Below, piece after piece: positions 37,451 to 51,797 of a DNA stretch of 64,000 bases. The stretch's first letter is position 1; every line of letters starts with the position of its first letter. Position numbers and translations under genes: made by a program. The stretch is from positions 30,628,001 to 30,692,000 of the forward strand of contig NC_043008.1 in assembly GCF_006345805.1 (NCBI RefSeq). Direction: 5' to 3'. The notes under the pieces were generated by a model. It was not told the DNA's origin, searched no databases, and saw only the letters and a list, made by a program, of their open reading frames with translations. The stretch is from Octopus sinensis. Taxonomy: Eukaryota.

Positions 37451-38121
37451 ATCATTGCTATAGTCACCGGGAACCTATGCAACAATATTGCATATATCTG
37501 TGTGCATGTGTCTGTGCGTGTGTAGTATACATAAATATATATATACATATTATGTAAGTAGGTAGGGTAAAATCCTTTTTGTTACTTCTTGAGGCACATC
37601 TGTTTATTCCATTACTATAATTCATTATGTAGTTGCTGTCTTTCTCTCTCTCTCTCTCCCTCTCTCTCTCTCTCTCTTACTTTGTCTCTGTTACTCTCTC
37701 TCTCTCTCACTCGCTCTCTCTCTCTCTTTATCTATCTATCTATCTATCTATCTTTTTTCTGTAATATTTGATCTGCTATTTTTTTCTTCACTCCAGCTAT
37801 CTATACTTCTCCTGATTACTAATTAAATATAAACGCCTCATCCAAATGTAAAATTTGTATTATTTAATTCTCTAAATTTTATAGGAAATTCCTTACATGT
37901 CCTAATAGCATCTAAAACTCTGTAATATCTATTAGCAAATGAAACATGTATAACAAAGAATGAATAACACTAATAAAATTTACAACTTCCTTCGTTGTTA
38001 AATAGAGAGATAGATAGACAGACAAACGGACAGACGGACGGATGGATATATATATATATATATGTGTGTGTATTTGTAAGTGTGTGTGTTTGTGTATATA
38101 CGTGTGTATGTATGTATATAT

Positions 38122-38174
<53 letters not shown>

Positions 38175-38695
38175 GTTTATTTATATGTGCTTGTGTGTAT
38201 CTGTGTGCGTGTATTCAGAAGGGGAAAAGCATCTCTGTAGATGCATAAAATATATAAGGAGAGATTTTATTATCTATAGTAATGCATAAAGATATGATTA
38301 AAATTGAAATTAATGTATTTTCTTAATTTCTGATGGCGAAAATAAAGCACGAATAGAAAAAAACAATCAAAAATTTCTGCAAATATCTTACTTTTGCGCC
38401 TTTTCTTAATTTTTTATGAACAGGTAGAGAAGATATGTGTGGACGTAGGTTTACGCGCCTGCGTATTGGATGGCCGTGTGACTATATTTACATGTGCGTG
38501 TATTTATATATGTATGTCTATGCACTGATCAAAAAGTCTTTAGAAAATATGACATCATTATAATGAGGTTCAAGATCAGAACGTAAATTTATGTATTAAA
38601 ACAGAATGATTTAAATACATATAAAATTAAGAAGAGAACGTGTGTGTGAGTGCGATGGTGAATTAACAGTAACATATTTGAAATTTTCATTGCAG

Positions 38696-38743
38696 AAGAA
38701 CACAAAGCCGGCTCTGAGCAGGCTTACAGGGGTGATAATAATC
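38696..38743 (+). CDS. Candidate 48-nt symmetric internal exon of an unidentified gene
   Basis: Acceptor TTTTCATTGCAG and donor GTAAGT. Open in two frames (EHKAGSEQAYRGDNN or KNTKPALSRLTGVIII). No homologue recognised. Confidence 0.35.
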
Positions 38744-38805
38744 GTAAGTGGTTCCTGTTTTCGTAGTCCCTCTCTTTCTCTCTATCTCTCTGTCTCTCAC
38801 TCTCG

Positions 38806-38861
<56 letters not shown>

Positions 38862-40739
38862 CTGTATCTCTATTTATGTCTATCTCTGTTATTTTTCATT
38901 GATCCATTCTAGATTCATCACTGCATGACCCATGGTACACAAACCCTCCAGAAAAATGCCCCCGTACTAATGCTATTGCTTTCTATCATATGTATGCATC
39001 CATTTAGAGAACTATGTAATATTTTTTTGGTATATTTTTATCATTGGTGAAATTTGACCGGGAAGGAATGCTGTGTTTTTTGTGCTACATATAAAATATT
39101 GCGTTTTCACACACATGCACATACCCTTGCATGATTAGAGTTTGGGTATATACAGATATATATATATATATATACATACAAAACAAACATACATATACAT
39201 TCAAAGATACATACATAACCTAGACATATATGTATATGAATATAATATATTTACAAATACACATATGTATGCTTCATGTCTGCTTTTAACCTGACAAACT
39301 CTTAGCAAAACAACTTTCACATAAATCTTCAAATCACCATAAATATTACCCTAATAAAATTCTAAGAAACACCTGCAAGAATCAATGGCTAAAGTTAAAG
39401 AAGTAGCAAAGTATTTAAGTAGACAAAAATGACAGATGAAAAGCACGCGCTATATAAACAATTAGTTTCTCTTCGTCAGCTACATCAGTAATTATCTTCG
39501 TAGTTTCAACATGTAAGGTTTGTATCTCACCAGGCGATGGTTTCAAGTATGTTAAAAATTATGTTGGTTTGGAATTCCCAAATTGAACCGTTACGTTAGT
39601 CAAAACGAAAATTTAAAATTAAAGCATATAAAGAATGACTACTGAATATATAACAAAAGAAGAACTATAAAAGCAACTTATGAAATACGTACACCATATC
39701 TAATTCCAAAGCTGAGGCCTCCCAAAACGCTATGCTCTATGGCTTTCTTGCGTGATACAATTATATCATCCGTTTAGTAAGGCAACTATTGACAAAGCAA
39801 TGATAGTATCAGAAACGAAAGTAAGTAAGCCGACGGAAGATTCAATACACGAGGGGAAGTAATGATTTGTGGAAGAAAACGGACAGTGTATATCAACTAA
39901 AGAGCATAACGGTAAAAGCGATGAAAGATGGAAACGTTTACGGTAATAACAACAACTCACCAAATGAACAGCTCGGGGAGAGTAATCGTAGCATCAAATA
40001 AACAGTAAGACACTCATAACTCAGGAAATTTTCATTTGTGTCTCTGCAATGTACGTTAAACTATACTTAGATACGTTAAATATTACTGAAAAATTTAAAT
40101 ACGTAGACTACATCGCAATCTCCATTCATTCAAGTATATTCCAATTCCATTTATTTGCCATTGTTCTCCTATTTCAATTTAAAATTTAATTTACATTTAA
40201 AATAGCTCCAAATTTCTTGAAAATATCGTTATATATAGATGGCTACAATTAAAAATTGTAATTAGTAATCTAATCGTTTATTCTTATCTTATCATTTGTT
40301 CAATCAGGAACTTTACTTTGTCTATTATCAAATTAAATTAAGTAATTGCTCTAACCTATATTTTATAGTCTGACAGCAAGAAAGTTGTATGCTAAACTAT
40401 ATGGAGTGCAATTAAGTGCAAAAGGCATGGCTGCCACTTTCAAATTAACATCGTTAGTTTTTAATAACATATTCTGTATCGTAACACCTAAACATCACAT
40501 AGAAACGTAAGGAACAAACATATCATCTGTTTACCAACTGTCATCTCCAAATGTATACATACATATATATATATATTAGAAGGTTTGGAGATGATGTACA
40601 AGTATTATATGATAGAAGAAATAAGGTACTCAGAAATCTGGATGGTTTTATATTTACAGATTTTTATTAATATGTCATATGTTTTTATAAATCATATATT
40701 AGCACTTACATCCCTCTAGTGGATCCTTCAGATACATAT

Positions 40740-40840
<101 letters not shown>

Positions 40841-40847
40841 GTGCATG

Positions 40848-40900
<53 letters not shown>

Positions 40901-41002
40901 GCATACATATATATGTATATGTATGTTTATTTATGAGTGTTTTTCTGTAAGTTAATATGTGTGTGTGTGTGTGTGCATGTGTATGTATACACATACATAC
41001 AA

Positions 41003-41033
<31 letters not shown>

Positions 41034-41294
41034 AATATGAAATATATATTGAGATTGCTGGATTCCGGTCTGCCATATTCGCGTAAACAACATTTTCATC
41101 GTTCTCCTAACGAATTTCATTAATATGAACTAAAAACTTCGTTATTAAGCCCACTCATTTTCTTGATAATTATACGTTCGGCTATGGTAATTAGCAGCAG
41201 CTTCAGAGAAAAGATATTTGAGCAAAACAAAAAGGTCTAGAAGATATTTCTTTAGTTTCCCAAAATAGTGCCAGTAGAATATATGTTTGTGCGT

Positions 41295-41366
<72 letters not shown>

Positions 41367-42904
41367 TCATCTAACAATATATCGATAGATTAATCGCAAA
41401 ATATAATATATATCTAGAAACTGGTAGAATCCAAATAATTTCTTTTAACTTTTTGAATGCACGAGTATGGTTTAGTGTGTTTACATTTGTTTGACTCTGC
41501 CATCGGGAAGACGCAAAAGCAAGTCTCCACATGATGTTTACGACTGAAAATAACAATCTGCCCGCCCGTTAGTGAACCATAAACACAAAACCCTATCACC
41601 CACCCGTTTTTGCGTTTTCCAGAGGTACAGTCAAGCGAAATAACACCTGCTAAAGCGTCCTCGCGATTCGAAAGTATTAAGTCTTGTCATCTTTCATTGC
41701 AGTCTGGTCGATAATAAAAGCGTCAGTGAACCGTTGTTGTTCATATACTTAAAATCTTGCTCTTTGAATGTTAGCTCCTTTTCTTATGATGGAAATTATA
41801 TTTATGTTATTTAGCTCAATATCTGTTAAACACGATAGAATGAGTATTACTTTGCCTTGCGTATTCAGCCGCATGTATTAAATCACATGAGTTCAAATAT
41901 TACTCGTATCTGGTAGACTTTTTTCTCGCGTAGTCAACAAAAATTATGTATATTATACTGCTAAAATTATTACTGCTTCCAAATTACAAAATTTCTGGCT
42001 GAGAGTTATTGAATAAAATCGATAGTTACATTTTATACATTCTACATTCAAGATCGCCGGATAGCCGTTACCTTTATCCTATCAATACTAGCCGAAAAAT
42101 GTGTTCAATACAGTTCACTGTTTATCTAGCACACTAATATTCTGGCTTTGGTATGTCGGTTGCATATGTTACAGTAGTTCAGACAAAATCCGTTGCAGAA
42201 TTTATTTACATTGCTTTACATTTCAGATACGATTCTTAAATTCTGTAGCCAAACGCTAATGCTAAATTATCATTTTGCTTATGTTGTAGTTGTTGTTGCC
42301 GTGTTGTTGTTGTATTGTTGTCGTTATAGTATCATAGTAATTATCGTGATTATTATCATCATCATCATTATCATCATTATTATTCATCATTATAAATACA
42401 CAAAACTGTTTTTTCACTGCAGATGATTTGCAAAATTGATTCATTTCTTCTTTACTTCTTCCTCAATACCACCACTCATTCTTGAATAATATATGCCAGC
42501 CTCTACGTAAAAGCCAATGTCTGCTTGCGGGTTAACGTATGTCTATGTAGATGAGAAAATGTAAAGATATATTATGGCTTGGGCGTATCAATTTCTCTAA
42601 GTTTCCGAACTTAACGATTATCTTATTCTATTGAAGTTTCCATATACTTTGGCGGTGATTTTCAATTATAATCATAACTTTAATGTAATCGCAGATTAAA
42701 CAAAAGTGTTCTAGATTAAATAGCTTAGGATATAGATGCGTTCTTGTATCACTGCCTACATGAATACGAAATAATTACGGAATATAAGGTTCAGTTCTAG
42801 TCACAATCGACTATGTCGAAAACTCACAAGTATTTGTCATCTACTTGTCTTGCAAGGGATTTGATCTAGAACAGCATGATGAAACGAAAACAGCTGCAGC
42901 ATGA

Positions 42905-43213
42905 AAGACATATAACTGGCACTGACACTGATACCGGCACTCTGTTGGTTACAACAACGAGGGTTCCAGTTGCTTCGATCAACGAAACAGCCTGTTCGTC
43001 ACACTAACGTGCAACTGCATTCGTCAGACATTTGCAGTATTCAGGGAGATTCAGCGACCCTTTGAAATATAGGTACTACTCATTTTTGCCAGCTGAGTGG
43101 ACCGAACAACGTGAAATAAAGTGTCTTACTCAGGGACACAAGGCGTCACCGGGAATTGAACTTATTGCCTTACGTTCACGAGCTGAATTCCCTAACCACT
43201 AAGCCACGTGCCT
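42905..43213 (-). mobile_element. tRNA-derived SINE family C
   Basis: Minus head GAGGCACGTGGCTTAGTGGTTAGGG...AGTTCAATTCCCGG and core GTCCCTGAGTAAGACACTTTATTTCACGTTG..CCACTCAGCTGG. A small related fragment lies near 8525-8600. Confidence 0.85.
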
Positions 43214-43583
43214 CACATATTAACCATTCAAAAGCACACAAAGACTTAGTTCTACTTAAGCATTTATTATTTGGTGCGACGAAAATGTTCACACAAACTG
43301 ATAAATGGTTGGCGAATATGTGCCTCACATGCTACATTTGCGACACATATATTTTCGTCTAATTGCCAAATGTTCAACGTTTTCTGATTAACGCACACGG
43401 GGTCTGTCATGCGCGAACATAAACATAATTCTTATCTCACTACTCCTATTTGATTTCAATCTAAATCAAGTTGGTTTCAATCTAAATTGTAGTTAAAATA
43501 TGTAAGGGAGAGCGTGCGTGTGATTGTGTATTTATGTGTGTGTGTACATGTGCATTTGTTTGTGTGTGTGTGTGTACATGTGC

Positions 43584-43631
<48 letters not shown>

Positions 43632-43967
43632 ATATACTTTGTTGTTACTTTCCATTACACAGAGTACGGGCAGCTGCATATGAAACCGGGCATAATTTTC
43701 TGTGTAGCTTCGTTCACGGTCTTTCAACCAGCTTGGCTAGAAGCGAACTGAATTCAGTTAGTTGTTCATAGTTTACGGTTCAGGAGGAAGTGAGGGGAGA
43801 TTGTTTTGAATTTGAAAATCTGTAAACTTGTGTAGCTGACCTCGGTTTCCCACCAGTCACTGTCTGAAGTCAGAATTCTATCTAGTTAGACCAAAGTTTA
43901 TGTTACTGATTGTCGGGCTTGTTTGTGTATTGTAGCAGATGGGTACTTAATAAGCTTACGTTCAAAT

Positions 43968-44132
43968 ATAGGCGCAGGTGTGGCTGTGTGGTAAGAAGCT
44001 TGCCTCCCAATCACGTGGTTCTAAGTTCACGCCCACTGCATGGCAGCTTGGGTAAGTGTCTTCTACAATAGCCTCGGGTCGACCAAAGCCTTGTGAGTGG
44101 ATCTGGTAGACTGAAACTAAAAGACGCTTGTC

Positions 44133-44225
<93 letters not shown>

Positions 44226-44343
44226 TATATATAATATATATATATATATGTTTCTATATTTATGTGGGTGTGTGTGTGGCTTTGTGTCAGTGTTTGTAAC
44301 CCTACCATCGCTTGACAACCGATGGTGGTGTGTATATCTCACA
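43968..44343 (+). mobile_element. SINE family A with expanded (TA)n, 3'-truncated
   Basis: ATAGGCGCAGGTGTGGCTGTGTGG head through CCATCGCTTGACAACCGATG. Confidence 0.9.
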
Positions 44344-44344
44344 T

Positions 44345-46320
44345 CTATTCCCCCTCTTCCATACTGTTTAGCTGCACTATTTCCTAATCTGTGGTAAAGC
44401 TTATGGTTCTTATATTTAAGGGACCAGATTAGTCTGCTTAAGCGCGTGCTGTTCATTTTTTTTCTACCTCAAATGAATTTAAATGATTTGCTAGCTGATT
44501 TTTAAAATTTAATCAGCTGACCCCTAAACAGGAGTACGCCCTTCCCTCAGAAATGGTTTTGCACCGACACACTTGATTCGTCGTCAATTATCTAGAATTT
44601 AAGGGACATACTTGATTCCTAGCACAATTACAGAGACTAATTCCCTGTTCCTATTATCTATTGTTTTGTAGTTCTTGCTATATGTCTCTGCAGCCCACAT
44701 TTCTATCGATCTACTATTTTCCTTAACTTTCTATGCATAGGTATTTGTGGGTTGCTATCGTTAGCGATTCCCGCACTCTGTCTAGTGGGAGTAGAGGCTT
44801 GCGTTGAAGGTGTCTTCCCTCGACTGCTGGTCCTTACTGTATTACCATCCCTCACTACAATGTTTGTTTTGTTGGTGTTAGTGTTCGAGTCTCCTGTTAT
44901 TAACTATTCCTGTTCTGTCACCCAGTTTGCTATTATCACTTTTCCCATTAATGGGTCGTTTTTCTGGTCTCGTCTGCTCTTTTCAGCGGTCCTTAGAAAG
45001 TAAGGGATTCATTTCGCTTGGGTGCTGCTATTATCCGCGTTTGGTTACAATTATTAGAAAAAGCGAGACGGACATTCTGCGTATTCAGTATTTTATGGTA
45101 TTCGCTAGACTTAGGAAAGTGTTTCTCGATTGCGATGTAAAACTGCTTCGGAATGTTGGAAATTATTTTTTTGTCGAATCCAGCATAGTACCATAGAGCA
45201 GTCTGGAATTACTATTACTTTAGGTATTATTATGTATTATGTGGTTGTTAATGATAGGGCATTTCTTCCTTCCGTAGTGGATGTCCGCATATCTAAGGCT
45301 ATTGCTATCGTATTTCTTTGTGATGTTTTATGTATATGTACGCCTTGATCAGTTTATTTTACTTCTAAGGTTCAGTGTACTATCACTTCTGCCGTTATTT
45401 CTACTAGGTAGTTCCACCCAATATCTCCTCGTGTTTGTATCTTTTTTTATTACCGTTCAAGTTGCTTATTTTTGGTTGTATCCCGTGTATATATCCCTCC
45501 CTTTTCTTATTGCCAATTCTCTCCTCTTATGGGAGGGTTTATCTGGTTGTCATGGTTATTTTAATGGGTGTAATTTGTTATCTTACAGAATAATTTATAC
45601 TTATCTGTTTTGGTTTGGTTCACTGGGTTATACACTAATTTATCTTTGTATTCTGCTTTCTCCGACGCTTTGTGATAGTATTTCTCGTTCAGTTCAAATA
45701 TCTCCCCAGTAACCGACAGTCTAGATATGTGGCTGGAAATGTTTCTGGTTGTGGACTGAGTTATACACTTGGGGTGATTGTTATTATAGTTTATGTACCG
45801 AAGATTGTCGTTAGGTTTGTGGTATGGTTTGAATAAGCCGGTACTTAAATCAAGTGTAACATCTAAGAAGTTGACTGTGGTGTGTTCCTCCTCTGTTCAA
45901 ATAGATAAAGCTATGCCTTTGAAGCACTTGAATAAGTTTTTCCTTATAACTTTCTATCTCAACTTTGGAAGAGTTATGCAAAGTGAATAGAGTGTCATTC
46001 CTGGATGCACCTTCTCAGTTCTTTGGAAATTATTTACTAATGCAGGATATATATCCCTTCTAGGTCAGTTACCTAGGTGGAGTCACGTTATCCGATGATC
46101 ATATCGAACATATCTGGCCTATCTTTTCTCACCCAGTATTTTCCTTCGAATTCTATAATAGGCTATCTGGCGGCTAGTACTACATCTACTAAATAGATTA
46201 GAGTCTCCCATGGCGCCAATAAGTGCTTTGTTGAGGAGGATGGAGTTGATAGAGGCATAGAAGCTGGATAATCTAGTTGGATGAATTTCAATTGCCTTTT
46301 TCCGGTAATTTGGTTAAACT
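44345..46320 (-). mobile_element. Penelope-like element (Naiad-like) RT thumb and GIY-YIG relic
   Basis: VNFLDVTLDLSTGLFKPYHKPNDNLRYINYNNNHPK..ISRLS..EIFE; LCNCARNQVCPLNSR*L; NHLNSF; NSTRLSRLIWSLKYKN. Confidence 0.85.
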
Positions 46321-46676
46321 AATTTATTACCTCTTATGACCTAGATCAGAGAATAAGTTTTGCTAGCAAATGATGTGAAACCACACACGTTTATAGGCAG
46401 ATCAGATTTCAGATTCAAAACAATCTCCCCTCATTTCCCCCTGAACTCTAACCAATAAACAATTAATTGAATTCAGTTCGGTTCGAGTGAAACCGATTTC
46501 TAAGACCCTGAACGAAACTGTACTGAAAATTATGCCCGGTTTCATATGCAACTGCTCATACGCTATGCTGTGGAAACACGTGTAGGTCGTTGCAACCATA
46601 AAAGTTTGGAGTATAACATTGTAAAATAGTCTCCATAATCTTTATCTTTATAATTATTGCTAATGTGTGTGTGTGT

Positions 46677-46715
<39 letters not shown>

Positions 46716-46958
46716 TGTGTGTGTGTGTGTGTACATATGCATATATACTTAGTCTGTTCAGTCGCAAATACTGAGTGGATTTTGCATTCCATTCTTTGTC
46801 ACCGACATCAATCTGGAGCTAAAGATCTAGTGTTGCACACAAATACACATATAATTAGGATTACAAATGTGCAAATATGCAAATACACTCACACACACGC
46901 ACATGCGATAGATAGATATACAAACAGACAAAAAGACAGGCAGACAGACTGACTGACT

Positions 46959-47042
<84 letters not shown>

Positions 47043-47044
<2 letters not shown>

Positions 47045-47268
47045 AGCGAGTTGACAGAAGCGTTAGCACACCGGGCGAAATGCTTAGCCGTATTTCGTCT
47101 GCCGTTACCTTCTGAGTTCAAATTCCGCCGAGGTCGACTTTGCCTTTCATCCTTTCGGGGTTAATAAAATAAGTACCAGTTACGCACTGGGGTCGGTATA
47201 ATCGACTTAATCTCTTTGTCTGTCTTGTCCCCTCTATGTTTAGCCCCTTGTGGGTAATAAAGAAATAA
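47043..47268 (+). mobile_element. SINE family B
   Basis: GCGAGTTGACAGAAGCGTTAGCACACCGGGCGAAATGC...GAGTTCAAATTCCGCCGAGGTCGACTTTGCC. Confidence 0.9.
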
Positions 47269-48105
47269 GATAGATAGAAACGTGCTCACATGTCCATGTT
47301 TGAGTATGAGAGGACAGCATAGAGGTGGTGTTCATCTAAGTGTGTTGTGTGGTTAGGTATCTGCGTATCATGAAAATATTTGCAAGAAAATTAAAAAGCT
47401 TGTGCTCTACGACCGAAGATCTTTGTGACATTTGTTCTACTCGGAATTACGGACATCCCTTTTTCGCTCTAGTCTTTTGGGTCGTAATGTACCATTCATT
47501 TATACTTTTGGAAATATGTAAACAATGACACTACTGCTCTACACAAAAAAAGTGTTTTAAATAAATAAATTTAAAATTAAACATGCGTATGATTTATTTA
47601 TTTTATTGTTGAAAAACATGTTCAATACAAAACTGTGATTAGGAATACGTAGATTCTGACTAGAGAAAACCTAATATGTTTGCAATATATTACTTGCTTA
47701 AAAGTAATTGCTCTAAAAGCGATGAAAGAGTTATGGGAAGCAGAACTATTCGCGCTATAAAAATCTAGTTAGCACAACGTAAATAATATAAAACATTTCC
47801 TTGTGTTTGGCTATAAAATAACGTTTTTTGCTATAAAATAAAGTATTTTACATGAAAATACAACAAAACCTTTGCACCCATGTGGAGCTGGTCGAAATAT
47901 TGCACTTCAATTTACGAACAATGCAAGCTACTACCTCTTGAAATTTTTTTTTTATTTTGCCTTTCCGTACGAAAAATATGTAGTATGGGTATTGTGCTCT
48001 CGTCAATAAGCTATGGAATCTTGATACGTACTGTCTTCCAAAATAATTTCTAACGTTTGTTTAAAGGATCAGACTTTAGGCCAGTAGTTCTATTTTTAGT
48101 TTTAT

Positions 48106-48306
48106 TCTTTTACTTGTTTCAGTCATTTTAACTGCAGTCATGCTGGAACACCGCCCTGACCGGCCTCAGTCGAGGAAATTGACCCCAGTAGATATGTTTT
48201 GTAAACCCAGCACTTATTTCATCGATCTACCCGCCGAACCGCTAGTTAACGGGGTCACAAACACACCAGCATCGGTTGTCAAGCGATGGCGGGGGTACAA
48301 ACACAG

Positions 48307-48345
<39 letters not shown>

Positions 48346-48518
48346 CGACGGGTTTCCTTCGGTCTCCATTTGTCAAATCCACTCAGAATGCCTTGGTCGG
48401 CCCGAGACTACAGTAGTAGACACATGCCCAAGTTACCATGCAGTGGGACTGAACCTGGAACCACATAGTTTGTAAGCAACCACACAGCTACCTATACCAC
48501 ACAGCCACCCCAGCGCCT
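48106..48518 (-). mobile_element. SINE family A, full length
   Basis: Same head, core and tail as 31818-32208. Confidence 0.9.
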
Positions 48519-48630
48519 TTATTTAAGAAGGTTATATATATAAAATAAAATTCTGTTGTACGCCTTATATACATATATAAGGCGTACAACAGAATTTTAT
48601 TTTATATATAACCTTCTTAAATAAAGGCGC
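48513..48630. repeat. Near-perfect 118-bp palindrome (arms ~56-58 bp)
   Basis: GCGCCTTTATTTAAGAAGG...GTACGCCTTATAT versus its reverse complement. The only difference is one extra TA in the left arm. Confidence 0.95.
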
Positions 48631-49784
48631 CGTTTTTTTCTCTACTTCAATTCTTACCATGTTCCTCAACTATCGGTCGAAGAAGGCAATGAAAAGCAGA
48701 GAAATATTCTACTCTCGTTCAAGTTCCCTCATTGATGAATAAAATATTATATATCAGGTTAATATTAGGGTTGAGTACACCTGGCAAAATGCTTAGCGGG
48801 ATTTCATTAATCTTTAAGTACAAGCTGAGTATAGGAATCGGTGTAATGGACTAACCCCTTCCCCCGAACTTATTGGCCTTATGCCAAAATTTGAAACCTA
48901 TTTTATAACTTTTATCTAAAGTAGGGAGCAAATGCCTTGATATTTGATCAATTGTGGTTTTCGATATATTTACTCTTCATAAAACGACTAAGTAGTTTTG
49001 ACTTATTTCATAGGTTACGGTGTATATGCATTTATGCGCGTGTGTGCGTGAGTGTAATTTTATATACCTATATGTTTATGCACTTCCACACACACACACA
49101 CATATATATATGTTTGTGTACGAATGTGCGTATGTATTCAAGTGTGTGCGCGTGTGCGTACGTGTGTCAACATATACATATATATATATTCGCAATCACC
49201 AATACTATTCCTCCTTTCTGTTGTAATCCTTTTATTGTATGAATGATTTTTTTCACTTTTATATGTCTATATATAAACTAAAAAAATGTTTTAGCTGTTT
49301 CTGTTATTCTTGCAGTTTCTATAGTTCATGATGATGTTGCTGTGGTTGTTGTTGTTGTTGTTGTTGTTGCTATTGTTATTATAATTACCAATCAATTTGC
49401 TCAATCAAGTTTGTTTTGCAATGGTTTTGTTGTTGTTGTTTTTGTTGTTCTGGTTGTTCTTGTTTTTTCATCAATTTCCAGCGGAATGTGCTTAATAGTT
49501 CTTGTGTTAAACATTCACGTTGTTTGTATTGATCGAAAAGAATAAAATAACTGTCTTGACATTACCCACGTAAAAATAGCTAGGAGAAACGGCAAATTGT
49601 TAGCAAATGTCTCTTAGGCTAGAAGATTTTTCAAAAATAAATACATAAAATTTATGAGATTTAACCAAAAATATAATATAGTGCTGACATTTTGGTAAAT
49701 GGACGCTTTCAAAAAGAATTTTATACACACACATATGACTGTATGTGTGCATGTGTGTATGTGTGTGTGTGTATGTGTGTGTGT

Positions 49785-49840
<56 letters not shown>

Positions 49841-50256
49841 TCTATGTTTGTGTGTATATGGAGAAACAAAAATTTATGATTGAATGAATGAAAGAATAAA
49901 TCACTTGTAGGAAACCTTTAGAAATTTTGGAATTTTTGTGCTGAAAGAGAAAGTATATAGATGTGTTTGAATGAATATATATATATATATATACATATAT
50001 ATACGGTGAAGAAAAAATAGATATGTATTTACTTACACACGCATTAAGTATATATATATATACATATATACAGATGTACATGATATATATGTATGTGCGT
50101 ATATATCAACACTCACAAACACACAAAGAACAATGGATATCTATTTACTTTAAAATATATACATATATCAGCATATACATACATCCATCAAACACTTATT
50201 ATGAACGTACGCACACATACATGCATATATGTATGCATTTATATATATATATAAAT

Positions 50257-50306
<50 letters not shown>

Positions 50307-50378
50307 GTACATATATGTATATATATACATACATACACACACATGCGTAGCTGTACAATCTCTGTATACATATTTATA

Positions 50379-50409
<31 letters not shown>

Positions 50410-51797
50410 ATATATATATTTATATGTACATATATGTATATATATACATACATACACACACATGCGTAGCTGTACAATCTCTGTATACATATTTATAATA
50501 TATATATATATATATATAGATATATATATATATAATACATATATATATATTATACATATATATATTAATATATGTGTGTGTGTGTGTGTGTGTGTGTCTG
50601 TGTTTGCGTGCTTGTGTGTATGTATTTAGGGAAAGATATATAAATATGCATTTACTTTCTTTATACACTCATATTTACAATTATGTATTTATAAATAAAC
50701 ACATACGCTCTGATACACACACATATATTTAAATGTGTATGTATGTATTGTGTGTACGCATGCTTCTATGTTCCCGTATTTGCATGTGCGTGTCTGAGAT
50801 ATTGTGAGTATATACACGCTGGAGATTTCTGATGAAATGACATGCAAAATGTAAGCCCAAAGAAACGTTCTTTTCCTAATATTATGTGTAATCAAAAGAT
50901 TTGAAAACTGAGCGTGAGAGCATTCAGAATTACCTATCACATCAATATAGCAAAGAGATGTAGAATGAGTAGAGTAGAGAAGTAGGATTTTGTTCAACTT
51001 AAGCATAAACAAATTATTTCAGCATCGCTCTTCTTTATGATTCAAATTATATGTGTGCGTGTATGTATTTATATATGTAATATTTTTTATATATGCATAT
51101 AAATATATATATATATGTATATATTATATTTATGACTTCAAAAATTTTGTGCTAAAGAAAATATAGATGCACGTCACAGTTTCCATTCCAGTTCAAGTAT
51201 ATTTCCATTGACGTCATAAATATATTTATAAAATTTTAGCTATGAATATATAGCACGCAAATGCACATATATTGCGCAGATACACGAAAACGCACACACA
51301 CATCTGTGTATGGGTGTGTGTGCAAGGAATTAGTAGACGTTTTATAATATCATTACTGCTAGGAGTTACACTCACAAGTAGAGGTACATATACTCTCGAT
51401 CAGAGAATATTTTATTTGAAGAAAGTGGTGTGTCAGAAGAGCGCTGGTCCCAAAGTTTCTCACTGGAACAGGTACTTCAGGTGGATGAATATGGTTATGG
51501 TAATACATATTCTGTTTCTAGAATCACCAACAAGTAATACTATTTCTGCAGAGTCAGATGGAACAAAAACCTATTTTCTTTATGCTCTTCTACCTTTTCC
51601 ATATTGATACGTATGATAAAAATAATAACAATGGCTTCAATCGTCTCCATGGGAAAATTGCGCATCAAATGAGAAAATCGGGCATGAAATTTTCTGCATA
51701 CAGATATTCATTCATCCTCGTGTTTTCGTTTAACCGATATTTTTTATTATACTATTATACTATCTATCTAGTTTTATACTATCTATCAGAGTGTGTA

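Larger units (their letters stand above)
43667..46558. mobile_element. Non-autonomous DNA transposon with ~155-bp TIRs and TA flanks, hosting a SINE and a PLE
   Basis: 43667-43822 and 46403-46558 are inverted copies (GCAG.TGCATATGAAACCGGGCATAATTTTC...GAGGGGAGATTGTTTTGAAT). TA at 43665-66 and 46559-60. Confidence 0.8.
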
